Of a DNA stretch of 49,114 nucleotides, positions 48,374 through 49,114 are shown piece after piece; positions within the stretch are counted from its first letter, which is position 1; every line of letters starts with the position of its first letter. Origin of the DNA: Vermamoeba vermiformis (lineage: Eukaryota); NCBI GenBank assembly GCA_045837725.1, contig JBEWZL010000298.1, positions 62,001 to 111,114 on the forward strand. Reading direction: 5' to 3'. A model generated the notes under the pieces. The model was not told the DNA's origin. It saw only the letters and a list, made by a program, of their open reading frames with translations, and ran no database searches. The position numbers and the translations under genes were made by a program.

Positions 48374-49114
48374 ATGGGACAAGCACAGAATATTGACGCG
48401 AATGCATACTATGATGCTCTAGACAAGTGCGATGTTGGTAATCACCGAAACTCACGTACAGATCTCGCTAATAATTTGACCAGATGCATTACAAAATTTA
48501 CTGAAAGGTGTTAAAGATCCTAAGCCATTCTTACATCAAGCTGTTGGTGATTCAACCCGGCTTCCAATTGAAATCGTAACTTACAGCAACTCGGCTTCAC
48601 CAGAGAAAATTGTAGCTGCTCTAAAGCTGTTAATTGATCACGGATTAGATCTAAATTTTACAAATGGTGGTACGCAAAAATAATCAAAGGAGATCTTAAT
48701 TAAATAAATACCTAATATTTTTCTAAACCAGCTCCCAATCCTCCCTTCTCGTTGATAGCAATCGATTCGTCACCAGAAGTAGTTAAATTTTTAATTGAAA
48801 AGGGCATGAGGTTCGATGGCGAGGCAAAGTACCCAGCAGCTGCGTGGTGCAATTACCGCGTTGCACATCTGATTCATAATACAGAACCCTGCTCTGCGAA
48901 TAAGTTCGAACAAAGCGAATATGTTTCTAATTACAAACACACGGAAGCGAAACTGAAGTTGGATCTATTCAACTTTATTTCGGTGGTGACGAGAAAAGCT
49001 TTTGTTAGATTGTTGGAAAAAAGATTGGTGTTGGAATACACTAAGGTTACTGGCGAGTATCCTGAACACAATTTAACATTGGAGTTGCCTACTTTGGATG
49101 ACAAGAAAGTGAAA
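48374..49114 (+). CDS. Ankyrin-repeat-like protein, runs off the window end
   Basis: Spliced MGQAQNIDANAYYDALDKCDVDALQNLL...LKLLIDHGLDLNF...EVVKFLIEKG; the last exon is open to 49114. Confidence 0.65.

Noticed and set aside
1-49114. CRISPR array, operon-type prokaryotic system, non-standard genetic code or non-canonical introns
   Set aside because: No regularly spaced repeats. The genes I reconstructed use GT-AG introns and all three standard stop codons.

Overview
Very compact, intron-rich eukaryotic (protist-like) nuclear DNA using the standard code, with GT-AG introns mostly 45-70 nt and longer AT-rich first introns. About 26 spliced genes can be rebuilt by hand: SUN-domain protein, dPGM, a stand-alone bacterial-type Swt1/HEPN protein, extended SDR, B12-dependent class II ribonucleotide reductase, FHA-parvulin, PheRS-alpha, mL60, eS10, mitochondrial EF-G, a truncated Vps68/TMEM50, SLBP, Erf4/GOLGA7, RluA-type pseudouridine synthase, UDP-Gal transporter, DUF1295, HAD hydrolase, ATE1, a Crinkler-like NTPase-nuclease, ABHD13, PIG-M, a double ADF-H protein, a DOPA-dioxygenase/AT-hook fusion, a K/E-rich protein, an RRM protein, an M28 peptidase homolog and a partial ankyrin-like gene. 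Four non-genic signals stand out. (1) A ~160-bp fold-back element occurs twice, 40 kb apart, each copy upstream of and co-oriented with a gene. (2) Exons and introns of many genes are loaded with a small set of fixed 10-12-bp words (CCCTGGTAGA, TGACA-NN-TGTCA, GCTAAAAATAGC, CArG-like, TTCASTGAA). (3) ATE1 has a 374-nt, highly base-paired first intron. (4) A CpG-poor island of ~2 kb holds tRNA-derived relics and inverted motifs. All calls come from manual reading and remembered family motifs; no database searches were run and the organism was not identified.
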